Shown here piece after piece: positions 1 to 8,486 of a DNA stretch of 64,000 bases. Both the position numbers and the translations under genes were made by a program. Below the pieces are notes generated by a model. It had not been told where the DNA came from. It was given only the letters and a program-made list of their open reading frames with translations, and did not search any database. Each line of letters begins with the position of its first letter. Positions within the stretch are counted from its first letter, which is position 1. Source of the DNA: Candidatus Angelobacter sp. (GTDB taxonomy: Bacteria; Acidobacteriota; Terriglobia; Terriglobales; Acidobacteriaceae); contig DASSXL010000219.1 in the NCBI GenBank assembly GCA_035703825.1, positions 10,189-74,188 of the forward strand, in the 5' to 3' direction.

Positions 1-942
1 GAGCTCACCGGAACGGTGCGCGAGCGGGGCCTCTCTCCAGGCTTCAGCCACGCACTCACGCAGGCGGTCTTCCAGCTTTTGCAGCTCTTCCATGGAAGCC
101 GAACGCAGATCAACGCGCGCGGTGGCCGATTCAGGAATCGAGTTGACCGACGTGCCGCCGGAGATCACGCCAATATTGAACGTGGTGCGCGGCGACTCTG
201 GAATGTGGACTTCACTAAACCGGGACAGCGCCCGCGAGAGAAGAACGATTGGGTTGGGAACGCCGAAGTCGCTCCAGGAGTGGCCGCCGGGACCGCGAAA
301 GGTGACCTCAAAGCGGCGGCTTCCCAGCGCCTGGTTCACGAACGTGTCAGTGCCGGCGCCATCGATCACGAGCAGGGAAGTGATGACGTCGCGCCAGGGC
401 GAAGCGGAAAACAGGTGACGCATGCCGCGCAGATTGCCTTCACCTTCTTCACCCACGTTGCCGATGAAAACAATGTTGGTGGCAGGCTGGAGCTGCGCGC
501 GCTTCAACGCCGTGGCCACGGCCAGCAGTGCGATCACGCCGGCGGCATTGTCGCTGATTCCGGGACCAAAGAGGCGGTTGGCTTCTTCACGCGTCTGCAG
601 CGCAGTGCCCTGGGGAAAAACCGTATCAAGGTGCGCGCTGATGCCGATCATCGGGGCAGTACGTTTGCTTTGCAACATGCCCAGGACATTGCCCAGTTCG
701 TCGGCCTGAACATCTTCAAGTCCGAGAGCGGTGAACCTTTGGCGCAGCCACTCGCTGCGCGCCGCTTCGCCAAACGGAGGCGCGGGAATTTCAGCGAGTT
801 CGCGCTGCCAGCGGCGAAATTCCATCTCCTGATTGTGAAGATATGAGAAAGCGGCGTGCACGCTCCGCATCTCCGCAATGCGGGCAATCTCGCGCTGCGT
901 TGAGGTCCGCGAGGCGTCAGGAATCGGGGGGCGGCTGGCCAT
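1..942 (-). CDS. M20-family metallopeptidase (peptidase T / ArgE-DapE-like); C-terminal part lies beyond the left window edge
   Basis: Hand translation of the minus strand from ATG (CAT at 940-942): MASRPPIPD...GISAHLDTVFP...GPGISDNAAGV...FIGNVGEEGEGNLRGMRH...NIGVISGGTSVNSIPE. It stays open to position 1, so it is missing from the ORF track. The listed + ORF 16..846 is its antisense shadow. Confidence 0.8.
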   Translation of the reverse strand, partial: MASRPPIPDASRTSTQREIARIAEMRSVHAAFSYLHNQEMEFRRWQRELAEIPAPPFGEAARSEWLRQRFTALGLEDVQADELGNVLGMLQSKRTAPMIGISAHLDTVFPQGTALQTREEANRLFGPGISDNAAGVIALLAVATALKRAQLQPATNIVFIGNVGEEGEGNLRGMRHLFSASPWRDVITSLLVIDGAGTDTFVNQALGSRRFEVTFRGPGGHSWSDFGVPNPIVLLSRALSRFSEVHIPESPRTTFNIGVISGGTSVNSIPESATARVDLRSASMEELQKLEDRLRECVAEAWREAPLAHRSGEL

Positions 943-1043
943 CTCTTGAACAACTACTATAACGCGATTGCAGACGGGAATCCCAAGCCAAAACCTTTTT
1001 CACCGCAGAGGACGCAAAGGAATCGGGAGATCGGGGCATCGGT

Positions 1044-1204
1044 TTTTCTGCAATCCCGAACCCGCGTTTTTTGCGGGTGAGGGAACCCCTATAGCGGCGA
1101 AGGACTTTTGGGTAGGGACGGAAATCTGAATAGAACTTTAAGAGCATAGAAGACAATAGCGATCCCTCATGCGCAAAACCCGCGCATTCGGGATTTCAGA
1201 AAAT
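1044..1204. repeat. MITE-like palindromic element, copy A
   Basis: Left end ttctgcaatcccgaacccgcgttttttgcgggtgagggaacccctat; right end gatccctcatgcgcaaaacccgcgcattcgggatttcagaaaa. The two ends are mutual reverse complements and match copies at 34234, 40491, 49556 and 50770. It is flanked by imperfect inverted gatcggg-type word repeats (1021-1042 / 1210-1241). Confidence 0.8.
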
Positions 1205-1337
1205 CAGATGGCCCCGATGCACCGATGATCCGATGACTCGATTCACTCTCCTCCCATCTGTTGAAATGAATTTGCTCCCGGCGGCACTACTTGAGAGAGA
1301 AATCTCCTAACAAATCAGACCATGAGAGGAATCCGCT

Positions 1338-2339
1338 ATGGACATTATTCTGGTTCGCCATGCTGAGCGTGAGCACAAAAAACCGGAGATGGAAGACTGC
1401 CTTTCTGCCAACGGGCAGGAAACGGCAAAAGAAACCCTGAAGCGAATTTTGCGCCAGCGCGAGACTGCTTCTCTGCGGCCTTTTACCGCTGTGTTCAGCA
1501 GCCAGTACCAGGCGCCCAGGCAAACGGCGGAAATGCTGGCGGAAGAAACCAGGCAAAAGGTCCGTTGCCTGAAATGCCTGGAACCACAGCGCCATGCTTT
1601 GCGGCCGGATACGCTCTTTGCCGAAGCCGGAGATGCAGCCACTACCAGTGAGGCGGTTCTGGCAGTGACGGGGCATGAGCCTTCCATCAGCCGGTTGCTC
1701 TGCCAGATGACGGGCAAGGATTCGCGGCGGCTGGACCGCGGCGAGGCGGTTTGGATCCAGGGCAAAAACAAGCAGGCGTTCATCGGCGGAAAAGCCGAGT
1801 TGGTCTACGCCACCAGGCGGGAGGACTTCGCGGCGAAACTCAAAGACAAAATCCAAACCAAGATGACGGTGTGCACCTTCCTGGCGGGTTTCACGATTAC
1901 CGCGTTGATCGAGATCCTCAAAGACCCGGAGGCGATTGTCAAGACGTCGCGGGTTGCCGCCGCTATCAGCTTTACGGCTGCACTGGGCCTGTTTGTGGCC
2001 GCAATCTACATCTATGATCAGCTTTCCATGCCGCCGGAGTTCTGGGGATCTGACGCTGGGGAAAAGCCGTCTGGACGGCGGCAGTTCGGCCACGATGCCC
2101 GCTTGAACGACAATTTATATGCATGCATGGTAAGGGCATGGCGGGTGCTCTTCACCCCGGCAGTATTCATGAGCATGGTCGGGTTCTTTGCTCTTCTGTT
2201 CTTCAATCTCCGCTATCCGCACTTGAGTATGCCTCCGCGGCAGGCAGTGGCCGTGCTCATTGGCGGATGCACTCTGGGCCTGGGGATTTCTGTATTGCTC
2301 TATCAGCGCCTGCGGCCCAGGCGGCTGGCGGTGGATTGA
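1338..2339 (+). CDS. SixA-like histidine phosphatase domain fused to a C-terminal 4-TM membrane module
   Basis: The N-terminus DIILVRHAERE and a later VTGHEPSI fit the phosphohistidine phosphatase (SixA / His_Phos_1) pattern. The C-terminal ~170 aa has four hydrophobic helices (FLAGFTITALIEIL, AAISFTAALGLFVAAIYIY, FTPAVFMSMVGFFALLFF, VAVLIGGCTLGLGISVLLY). Confidence 0.65.
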   Translation: MDIILVRHAEREHKKPEMEDCLSANGQETAKETLKRILRQRETASLRPFTAVFSSQYQAPRQTAEMLAEETRQKVRCLKCLEPQRHALRPDTLFAEAGDAATTSEAVLAVTGHEPSISRLLCQMTGKDSRRLDRGEAVWIQGKNKQAFIGGKAELVYATRREDFAAKLKDKIQTKMTVCTFLAGFTITALIEILKDPEAIVKTSRVAAAISFTAALGLFVAAIYIYDQLSMPPEFWGSDAGEKPSGRRQFGHDARLNDNLYACMVRAWRVLFTPAVFMSMVGFFALLFFNLRYPHLSMPPRQAVAVLIGGCTLGLGISVLLYQRLRPRRLAVD

Positions 2340-2370
2340 GGCTAATTGCCTGAGAGTTGAAAAATTCTTT

Positions 2371-2403
2371 TGCAGCAAAAGGCGGCCCTTGCGGACCGCC
2401 CTT
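2371..2403 (-). terminator. Rho-independent terminator downstream of the 2420..2620 gene (also faces the convergent 1338..2339 gene)
   Basis: Hairpin ggcggccc-ttgc-ggaccgcc with one mismatch. On the minus strand it is followed by ttttgctgcaaaag. Confidence 0.6.
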
Positions 2404-2419
2404 GTGAACGCTACAGAAC

Positions 2420-2620
2420 TTATTTCGGGGGCGGTGTGGTGGTCCCGCCTGAGTTCTTCTTAGACTTCTTGCCGCCTTTGTGGGCCTTTTTCCCGGACTT
2501 GGTCGAGGCGGTCTTCTTTCCGCCTTCAGTCGGCTTGTCAGTGGAGCCGCCGCCAGCCTGCGCAAAAGACAGGCTAACGCCGAGCAGCAGGGTAAACGCA
2601 ATCGTGAGTAGCTTCTTCAT
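2420..2620 (-). CDS. Small secreted Lys/Gly/Ser/Thr-rich protein (paralogue 1)
   Basis: Signal peptide MKKLLTIAFTLLLGVSLSFAQA followed by a basic low-complexity tail ending TTTPPPK. AGGAG lies 5 nt upstream of the ATG. Paralogous to 2756..2977. Confidence 0.65.
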   Translation of the reverse strand: MKKLLTIAFTLLLGVSLSFAQAGGGSTDKPTEGGKKTASTKSGKKAHKGGKKSKKNSGGTTTPPPK

Positions 2621-2703
2621 TCAGTCTCCTTCAGAGAAAGTGAGTTTTTCGAAACCATTCAATTGGGGAATAATTGATGTGCAACATTCTAAGCAGAGAA
2701 GCT

Positions 2704-2737
2704 GGAAAAAAGAAAGCGGCCATTTGCAGGCCGCTTT
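2704..2737 (-). terminator. Rho-independent terminator of the 2756..2977 gene
   Basis: Perfect 9 bp stem aaagcggcc / ggccgcttt (2713-2721 / 2729-2737) with a 7 nt loop. On the minus strand it is followed by cttttttcc. Confidence 0.75.
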
Positions 2738-2755
2738 GTAAGCAATTTGCCTGCG

Positions 2756-2977
2756 TTATTTCGGGGGCGGGGTGGTGGATCCGGACGACTTCTTGGACTT
2801 TTTACCGCCTTTGTGGTGATGCTTTTTTGCACCCTTCTTTCCGGTTTCAGACTTGCCTGCCGTGGCGGTTTTGTCGCCAGCCGGAGGGGTCTGCCCGCCA
2901 GTGCTGCCGCCGGTCTGAGCAAAGCTCAGGGCGCCGCCCAGTACCAGAGTGCACACGATTGTGAATAGCTTCTTCAT
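2756..2977 (-). CDS. Small secreted Lys/Gly/Ser/Thr-rich protein (paralogue 2)
   Basis: Signal peptide MKKLFTIVCTLVLGGALSFAQT, KKHHHKGGKKSKK core, ends STTPPPK. AGGAG Shine-Dalgarno present. It has its own terminator. Confidence 0.65.
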   Translation of the reverse strand: MKKLFTIVCTLVLGGALSFAQTGGSTGGQTPPAGDKTATAGKSETGKKGAKKHHHKGGKKSKKSSGSTTPPPK

Positions 2978-3074
2978 TCGTTCTCCTTTAAAGGGAAGTT
3001 CAGAGTGTTATTACAGCAAACCCGCGCCGCGGAAAATAGTTGCGCCTTGCCGATGGCACTCCGTCCTCTGCCGT

Positions 3075-4325
3075 TTAGGTTTCGGCCGAAACCTTCTGGC
3101 AGCAGGCCAGGATTTCCTCCTCCGTAAGGCAGCGGTCTGAAGCCTTGGCCCGCTGAAAGATGCGGTCCACCAACTCCTCAGAAGCGGTCATACCTTTACG
3201 CTCCAGCCAGAAGATCACATTGGACTTACCCGACATGGGGCCGATCTCAATGATTTGTTCCAGGCCGAAGTAGTGTGAGGGTACACCGGAGTAGACGGAA
3301 TTAGCCAGTTCAATATCGCCCTTGCGGAATGCCTTAATGACAGCCGCGGCATGTACTCCCGTCGCTGTACGAAAGGCATCTTCTCCCATCACCGGATAGT
3401 TGCGAGGTATCGGCACGCCCGTTGCCTGCGACACGGTGATGCAGTATTCCTTCAGCCGGGTCAGGTCCTGGTCCACCCAGCGGGCAACGCCCATCAGCTT
3501 CAGGTTCACCAGCATCTGGTCTAGCTGCGTATTCCCCACGCGTTCGCCGATCCCCAGCGCCGTACCGTGGACGCAGTCGGCCCCGGCGGCCAGCGCGGCC
3601 AGAGAGTTGGCCACTGCCAGCCCGCGATCGGAATGGCCGTGCCAGTCAACGCGCACCTTCTGCCCCGACGGCTTGACGACTTCCTCCAGGACAAAGCGTA
3701 TCAGCGCCTGCACTCCGCTGGGCGTGGCATGGCCAACGGTATCGCAGATCACGATTGCCGCCGCGCCATAATTAATGGCCGTCGAGTAAAGCCTTTTGAC
3801 TGTTTCCGGATCGCAGCGCGAAGTGTCTTCCGTTACATACATCACTTCCAGGCCCAGTGACTTGGCGTACGTTAGGGCCTTTTCCGTGGTGCGCAGCAGA
3901 AAATCGTCAGTCCAGTTTTCCGTAAAGCGCCGGATGGGGCTCGACCCCAAAAAACATGCGACTTCAACGGGTATGCCGGCCCGCTGTGAAACTTCCGCCA
4001 CCGGGCGAATGTCGCTTTCATGGGTGCGCGCGGCGCAATTGGGCTTGATCTTCAGGCGGCAGGTGGCAATCTCTCTGGCCAGCATTTCCACGTCGGCCAG
4101 GGCTCGCGGCCCCGCGCCGGGCAGGCCGAGATCGGCAAAATCGATCCCCAGGTCCTCCATCAGGTGCAGGATCTTGAGCTTCTCTTCAATGGACGGATCT
4201 TTTACTGAAGGGGATTGCAGCCCATCGCGCAGCGATTCGTCGTCGAGCATCACTCGCTGTTTCGGCGCGAATTCAGTCTCCGGGAGCGAGTTCCAGTCGT
4301 ATATCAGGTGAGAGTGTTTCAACAT
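3075..4325 (-). CDS. 2-isopropylmalate synthase / homocitrate synthase family (DRE-TIM metallolyase) protein
   Basis: Motifs LRDGLQSPS, CDTVGHATP and HGHSDRGLAVANSLAALAAGADCVHGTALGIGERVGNTQL are typical of the HMGL-like / LeuA family. Confidence 0.8.
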   Translation of the reverse strand: MLKHSHLIYDWNSLPETEFAPKQRVMLDDESLRDGLQSPSVKDPSIEEKLKILHLMEDLGIDFADLGLPGAGPRALADVEMLAREIATCRLKIKPNCAARTHESDIRPVAEVSQRAGIPVEVACFLGSSPIRRFTENWTDDFLLRTTEKALTYAKSLGLEVMYVTEDTSRCDPETVKRLYSTAINYGAAAIVICDTVGHATPSGVQALIRFVLEEVVKPSGQKVRVDWHGHSDRGLAVANSLAALAAGADCVHGTALGIGERVGNTQLDQMLVNLKLMGVARWVDQDLTRLKEYCITVSQATGVPIPRNYPVMGEDAFRTATGVHAAAVIKAFRKGDIELANSVYSGVPSHYFGLEQIIEIGPMSGKSNVIFWLERKGMTASEELVDRIFQRAKASDRCLTEEEILACCQKVSAET

Positions 4326-4407
4326 TACTTTTTAAGCTCCGCCGGATTCCCGGGCCAACCGACTTATGGTTTGTTGGGGTGAAACGGCCTCAAAACCGAT
4401 TTTACGC

Positions 4408-6090
4408 TTAAAGAAGTCGCCGGCGAATATAAGATTTTGTGCTTTTCATCCCTCCACGCAGCCGTTTTGTTAATCCATTTGCGAACAGAAGCTCCACGAA
4501 GCCGCCCATCTGTTGGGCGAACGCCGGCCCATAGCCATACCACCAGAGCTTTTTCATCCGCGGCAAGCGGTCAGAATCCACATACTTGGGCCAGACCATC
4601 TCTTCCAGGCCAAAGCGGCCATGGGTGCGGCCAATCCCGCTGGCCTTCACGCCGCCATGCGGCGCTTCGCTGATGCCAAAGCAGGCCAGGACGTCGTTCA
4701 CCATCACGGTGCCGGCCACAATGCGCCGCGCCAGCGCTTCGCCGCGTTTGCGGTCGTTAGTGAAAATGCTGGCCGCCAGCCCGTATTCTGAATCGTTGGC
4801 CAGCGCCACAGCTTCGTCTTCAGTCTTGAAGCTGCGGACAGGCAGCGTTGGCCCAAAAGTTTCTTCGCGCATGATCGCCATGGAGTGGTCCACGTCGGCC
4901 AGGATGGTGGGCGCAAAGAAATTCGGGCCCAACTGCGGCAGCGCCTTGCCTCCAGCCAGCAGCCGCGCGCCGCGCGCGGTCGCGTCTTGCACATGCGATT
5001 GCACAATGCCGAGCTGGCGCTCGTGGATCATCGGGCCCACGTCGATGTTTTCTCCGGTCCCTCGGCCGGGTGCCCCATCCTTTGCGCCAGCGTGAGTTTT
5101 GTTGTCACCAGATTCAGTGCGGCGCAAAGGGTGGGAAGACGAACCGATCCGAAGCTTCTCGGTCTTTGCCACGCACTTCTCCAGGAATTTTTCGTAGATC
5201 CCCTCATGCACGTAACAGCGCTCGACCGATAAACACGTCTGTCCGGCATTCATGAACGCGCCCCACACCGCCGCGCTTGAGGCCACGTCAACATCGGCAT
5301 CTTCCAGCACGATCATCGGGTCTTTGCCGCCCAGTTCCAGCACCACGGGCAGCAGTCGCGCGGCAGCCGCCTGCGCCACGCGCTTGCCGGTGGCCACGCT
5401 GCCGGTAAAAACCACCTTCTGGACGTTGGCCGCGAGCAACGCCGCTCCCGCGCCGCCTTCGCCGGTGATCACCTGGAGCAGCTCGCGGTCCAGCCCCGCT
5501 TCGCGCAGCAGGCGTTGCAGCTCGAGCGATGAATAGGGAGTGAATTCAGATGGCTTCAGCGCCACCGCATTCCCCGTTGCAAGGGCCGTGAGCGTCTGCA
5601 CCGACGGCACGCTGAAGGGATAGTTCCACGGGCTGATGATGCCGACCACTCCGTAGGGCTCGCGCAACAGCGTGCCGCGTTTGAGCTTCATCGCGGGATT
5701 GCCGTGAGGGACCGGCTCCGGCCGAAGAAAGCCGGGCAGATTGTTCCTGAGGTACTTCACCGTGTCGAGCACGACGAGGATTTCTGTGGAAAGCGCTTCA
5801 GACTCGGGCTTGCCGGCTTCGCGGCTGATCACCGCCGCGACAGCTTCTTTCTGGTCGCACAGCAGGTCGGCAAAACGCGAAAGGACGCGCAGGCGCTCGC
5901 GCACCGGCGTGGCCGCCCATTGGACTTGCGCCGCAGCTGCCTTGGACACAGCTTCTGCAATCTGAGCAGCCGTCAGGCTGGGAAGCGTGCCTATGGTTTC
6001 CTGCGTGGCCGGATTATGTACGGCAAATTGCGGGCCTGGCTGGGCGTTTGGGTGAGCTGGAGCAATTTGAGGTTGTGGAATCGTGGTCAT
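4408..6090 (-). CDS. NAD(P)-dependent aldehyde dehydrogenase carrying a ~27 aa low-complexity insertion
   Basis: ALDH motifs: GIISPWNYPF, ELGGKDP, NAGQTCLSVER, EETFGP. The extra segment SSSHPLRRTESGDNKTHAGAKDGAPGRGTGEN lies between the RIG and VGPMI positions. Confidence 0.85.
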   Translation of the reverse strand: MTTIPQPQIAPAHPNAQPGPQFAVHNPATQETIGTLPSLTAAQIAEAVSKAAAAQVQWAATPVRERLRVLSRFADLLCDQKEAVAAVISREAGKPESEALSTEILVVLDTVKYLRNNLPGFLRPEPVPHGNPAMKLKRGTLLREPYGVVGIISPWNYPFSVPSVQTLTALATGNAVALKPSEFTPYSSLELQRLLREAGLDRELLQVITGEGGAGAALLAANVQKVVFTGSVATGKRVAQAAAARLLPVVLELGGKDPMIVLEDADVDVASSAAVWGAFMNAGQTCLSVERCYVHEGIYEKFLEKCVAKTEKLRIGSSSHPLRRTESGDNKTHAGAKDGAPGRGTGENIDVGPMIHERQLGIVQSHVQDATARGARLLAGGKALPQLGPNFFAPTILADVDHSMAIMREETFGPTLPVRSFKTEDEAVALANDSEYGLAASIFTNDRKRGEALARRIVAGTVMVNDVLACFGISEAPHGGVKASGIGRTHGRFGLEEMVWPKYVDSDRLPRMKKLWWYGYGPAFAQQMGGFVELLFANGLTKRLRGGMKSTKSYIRRRLL

Positions 6091-6174
6091 GGGAGACTCG
6101 TAAATATTCTACGCCGAGGAACGAGGCAAACCTACCACGGAGACACTGAGACACGGAGAAGAGCAAGGACTTTG

Positions 6175-6312
6175 ACCACAAAGGACACGAAGGAACACGA
6201 AGGGATTGCCAGAATTGCCATGATTGCCAAAAATCGCCGATTACCACTGATCAACACTGATCAGAAGACGTTCGATCGATCTCCCTTTCTGTTCCTTCGT
6301 GTCCTTTGTGGT
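6175..6312. repeat. Inverted 'word' repeat element (arms accacaaaggacacgaaggaaca / complement)
   Basis: Arms 6175-6198 and 6289-6312 are reverse complements (23/24). The loop carries further word repeats (gattgcca x3, cactgatca x2). It is preceded by cacggagaca words (6135-6160) and followed by gatcggg words (6330-6367). Confidence 0.8.
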
Positions 6313-6356
6313 TGAGTCTTTGGGTTTCGATCACGCGCGATCTCCCGATTTCCCGA

Positions 6357-6830
6357 TCACCCGATCTTTCCACAATCCTTCCGCCCGGTATCCGCCACGC
6401 TCGCGATGAGCCATTTGCCATCGGCACGAACCAGATTGAACAGGTCCGTTCCGCAGTGGTCCACCTTGCCGTCCACCAGGAATTCGAACGGGGCCCAAAC
6501 TACGGCAAGGTCGTTATCGATGCGTATGAGCGGATCGTGAATGCGCTCCTCAATCTGCGCTTTGCCGGGTTTGCCTACCGCTTCAGCAAAGGCGTCAAAG
6601 GTCATCTGCGTGGGCTTGCCGTCGCGCATCAGCACCATGCCGCCGCCGGGCAGCAACGGTTTTTTGATTGCGGCCGCGTCGCGTTTTGCCATACCGTCAA
6701 ACATGGCGTTGATAGGGGCCATGACCGCCTGTTCGTCGGGTGTGGCGGCGTGAAGAGAGTTGATGAGAAAGCCGGCGGCTGTTGCTGCGGCAAAAATCAA
6801 GATCAAGGGTAAGCGATGAAAGAGTTTCAT
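6357..6830 (-). CDS. Secreted NTF2-like (SnoaL / DUF4440-type) protein
   Basis: Signal peptide MKLFHRLPLILIFAAATAAG. Size and pattern (DAAAIKKPLLPGG..., VVWAPFEF..DGK..HCGTDLF.LV..DGKWLI) are typical of the NTF2-like fold. The stop codon lies inside a gatcggg word repeat. Confidence 0.6.
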   Translation of the reverse strand: MKLFHRLPLILIFAAATAAGFLINSLHAATPDEQAVMAPINAMFDGMAKRDAAAIKKPLLPGGGMVLMRDGKPTQMTFDAFAEAVGKPGKAQIEERIHDPLIRIDNDLAVVWAPFEFLVDGKVDHCGTDLFNLVRADGKWLIASVADTGRKDCGKIG

Positions 6831-7033
6831 GGCTTGTGATTGTAATATTTTTTAGCGCGCGCTTCGCTGCATTTAGTCCCATCGAGCTAAAAGCGGCTCG
6901 CCGGGAGCAGCTGCGCGCGGGCCTGCGGCGCAAGGAGATGTTTCTTTCCAGCTTTTTATGGCCCGACTTCGCAGCCAAGCGGGGATGGAGCAGGCCTTTA
7001 GGCTGTCCCAAAGAATTCCTGCGTCCTTACACG

Positions 7034-7615
7034 GGGTGGAGCAGGCCTTCAGGCCTGCGGCCAAGCTGCTGAAGAAATCGGCTTCAGCCGCTGAGGTACC
7101 GGGTCCAGTTTGAAGCATGGATTTGCCGAGCTGTAAGGATATTCTTCCGGGGTCTTGGCCAGAAACCGCTTTACCGGATTCTGCCAGATGTAATCCTTGT
7201 ACTTCTGGTACTCGAGCGAGTCTTGGATCCGCCTGTCCATGAAGCTTGGTTGCCATACATCTCTCTTGGCTTTCAGGTTCTTATTCAGTTGAAAAGAGAA
7301 TCCTCCCTTGATCAACTGCATGGCCCTTTCGAGTGTGATTCCTGTTGGAGTAATGATCAGGTGAAAATGGTCAGGCATGACAACAAATTCATGCAGCAGA
7401 TACTTTTTTTCCGTTCTGTATTGGAGCATCACTTCAATAAAGAGCCGGGCAATCTTCTCCACGTGGAGGAGGCTCTTTTCTGAAGGACATTGGCAGTAAC
7501 AAAATAAGTGGATTCAGTTGTTTTTCCTCGATGAGGAATGGTCAAAAAGTCACCTCAGCGGCTGAAGCCGAAAATTTAAATTAGCTTACCGCAGGCATAA
7601 ATGCCTGCTCCACCC
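7034..7615. mobile_element. RAYT unit: IS200/Y1-type REP-associated transposase gene bounded by ~65 bp REP-containing inverted repeats
   Basis: Left end 7034-7097: gggtggagcaggccttcaggcctgcgg...tcggcttcagccgctgaggt. Right end 7552-7615 is its imperfect reverse complement: acctcagcggctgaagccga...ccgcaggcataaatgcctgctccaccc. Each end contains a REP hairpin (gcaggcc-ttca-ggcctgc) plus a second small palindrome. An extra degenerate REP lies at 6983-7005. Confidence 0.75.
7049..7545 (-). pseudogene. REP-associated tyrosine transposase (RAYT, IS200-like Y1 transposase), apparently frameshifted
   Basis: ORF 7049..7462 carries VMPDHFHLIITP (HUH-type) and YIWQNPV (Tyr) motifs. The expected N-terminus (TIPHRGKTTESTYFVTANVLQKR) reads in another frame from TTG at 7545. 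The frames switch at the A-run at 7475-7480. Confidence 0.7.
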
Positions 7616-7786
7616 TCTCGAACCAGAAAGCAATTTGAGCTCGGAATTATTGCCCCGGTCAAATCGTTCGATGATATTTGTGTCGGGGACCGAAGCGCGC
7701 GGCAGATATTGGGTATGTGTAATATTAACTAGGCTCGGATTCAAGCGCTGCATAGCAAGATTTTAAGGACGGGACTTACAACGACG

Positions 7787-7987
7787 ATGAAAAGAAACAC
7801 AGGTACGATCTTCAAAGTCTATCTTCTCGACCAGCAACCCTCCCCGCCCAAACAGGAGGGCTTCGTCCAATTGTGGAAGCACAAAGGCAAACTCGTTCCC
7901 ATCAAAAACATCCCGTTTGATTATCTGGATGAGATACCGCGCAAGATGAGAAAGCTATTGAAAACCGCCAAGATTAAATGGCCGTGA
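7787..7987 (+). CDS. Hypothetical small protein (low-GC island)
   Basis: 66 aa ORF in an AT-rich block; no recognisable motif. Confidence 0.3.
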   Translation: MKRNTGTIFKVYLLDQQPSPPKQEGFVQLWKHKGKLVPIKNIPFDYLDEIPRKMRKLLKTAKIKWP

Positions 7988-8000
7988 GACCTGCAGCGGT

Positions 8001-8486
8001 GTGTCTAGCCGAAAAGGTGCATTGATGCTTCCATCACCAACCCGTTGCTGTTTCCCCGGGTGTTCAGGGTTCGGGGGACACCAGCATCACGTCACGTATG
8101 ATCCCGAGTGCAAGAAGCCGCTCTGTGACATGCACCATAAGGAAATCACTCATCTGAACGGCATACAGTCACGCAAATATAATTATTCGAAACTCACCAA
8201 CAAATTTCGTTGGTGGATTTGGTTTCAGTGGATCGAGGGAAAGTTAAAACCGAGACGTACCAGGCTGGCCCAAGAGTGGACTAATGAATGGGACAAGAAA
8301 GCCACAATCGTTGTATCAACTGATCCTCCACCACTGCCAATCTCTGGGCCGCCCAAACGGAAACGGGCATTCAAGAAACGAGCGGCCAAGAAAGGAACGA
8401 CCAATGGACGAAGAATTGATAATCGCAAAAAGCGGGGAAGCCGCAGTAAGAATGGCAAGGGAACTGTCAGAAAACTGTCCACCTAA
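8001..8486 (+). CDS. Small HNH-like zinc-finger protein with a Lys/Arg-rich tail
   Basis: CCFPGCSG..HQHHVTY..C..PLCDMHHKEITH resembles the CxxC...HH...CxxHH HNH nuclease signature. The C-terminus is strongly basic (KRKRAFKKRAAKK...). A GTG start is listed; an ATG alternative lies at 8025. Confidence 0.5.
   Translation: MSSRKGALMLPSPTRCCFPGCSGFGGHQHHVTYDPECKKPLCDMHHKEITHLNGIQSRKYNYSKLTNKFRWWIWFQWIEGKLKPRRTRLAQEWTNEWDKKATIVVSTDPPPLPISGPPKRKRAFKKRAAKKGTTNGRRIDNRKKRGSRSKNGKGTVRKLST

Noticed and set aside
16-846. 276 aa plus-strand ORF at the left edge
   Set aside because: It is the antisense shadow of the M20 peptidase gene. The minus-strand frame gives clear metallopeptidase motifs, whereas this frame gives Arg/Ala/Gly-rich nonsense typical of high-GC antisense ORFs.
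8284-8403. The N-terminal 40 codons of track ORF 8284..8973
   Set aside because: They overlap the basic tail of the HNH-like ORF in another frame. The internal ATG at 8404 gives a cleaner gene boundary, and the upstream part is probably not translated.
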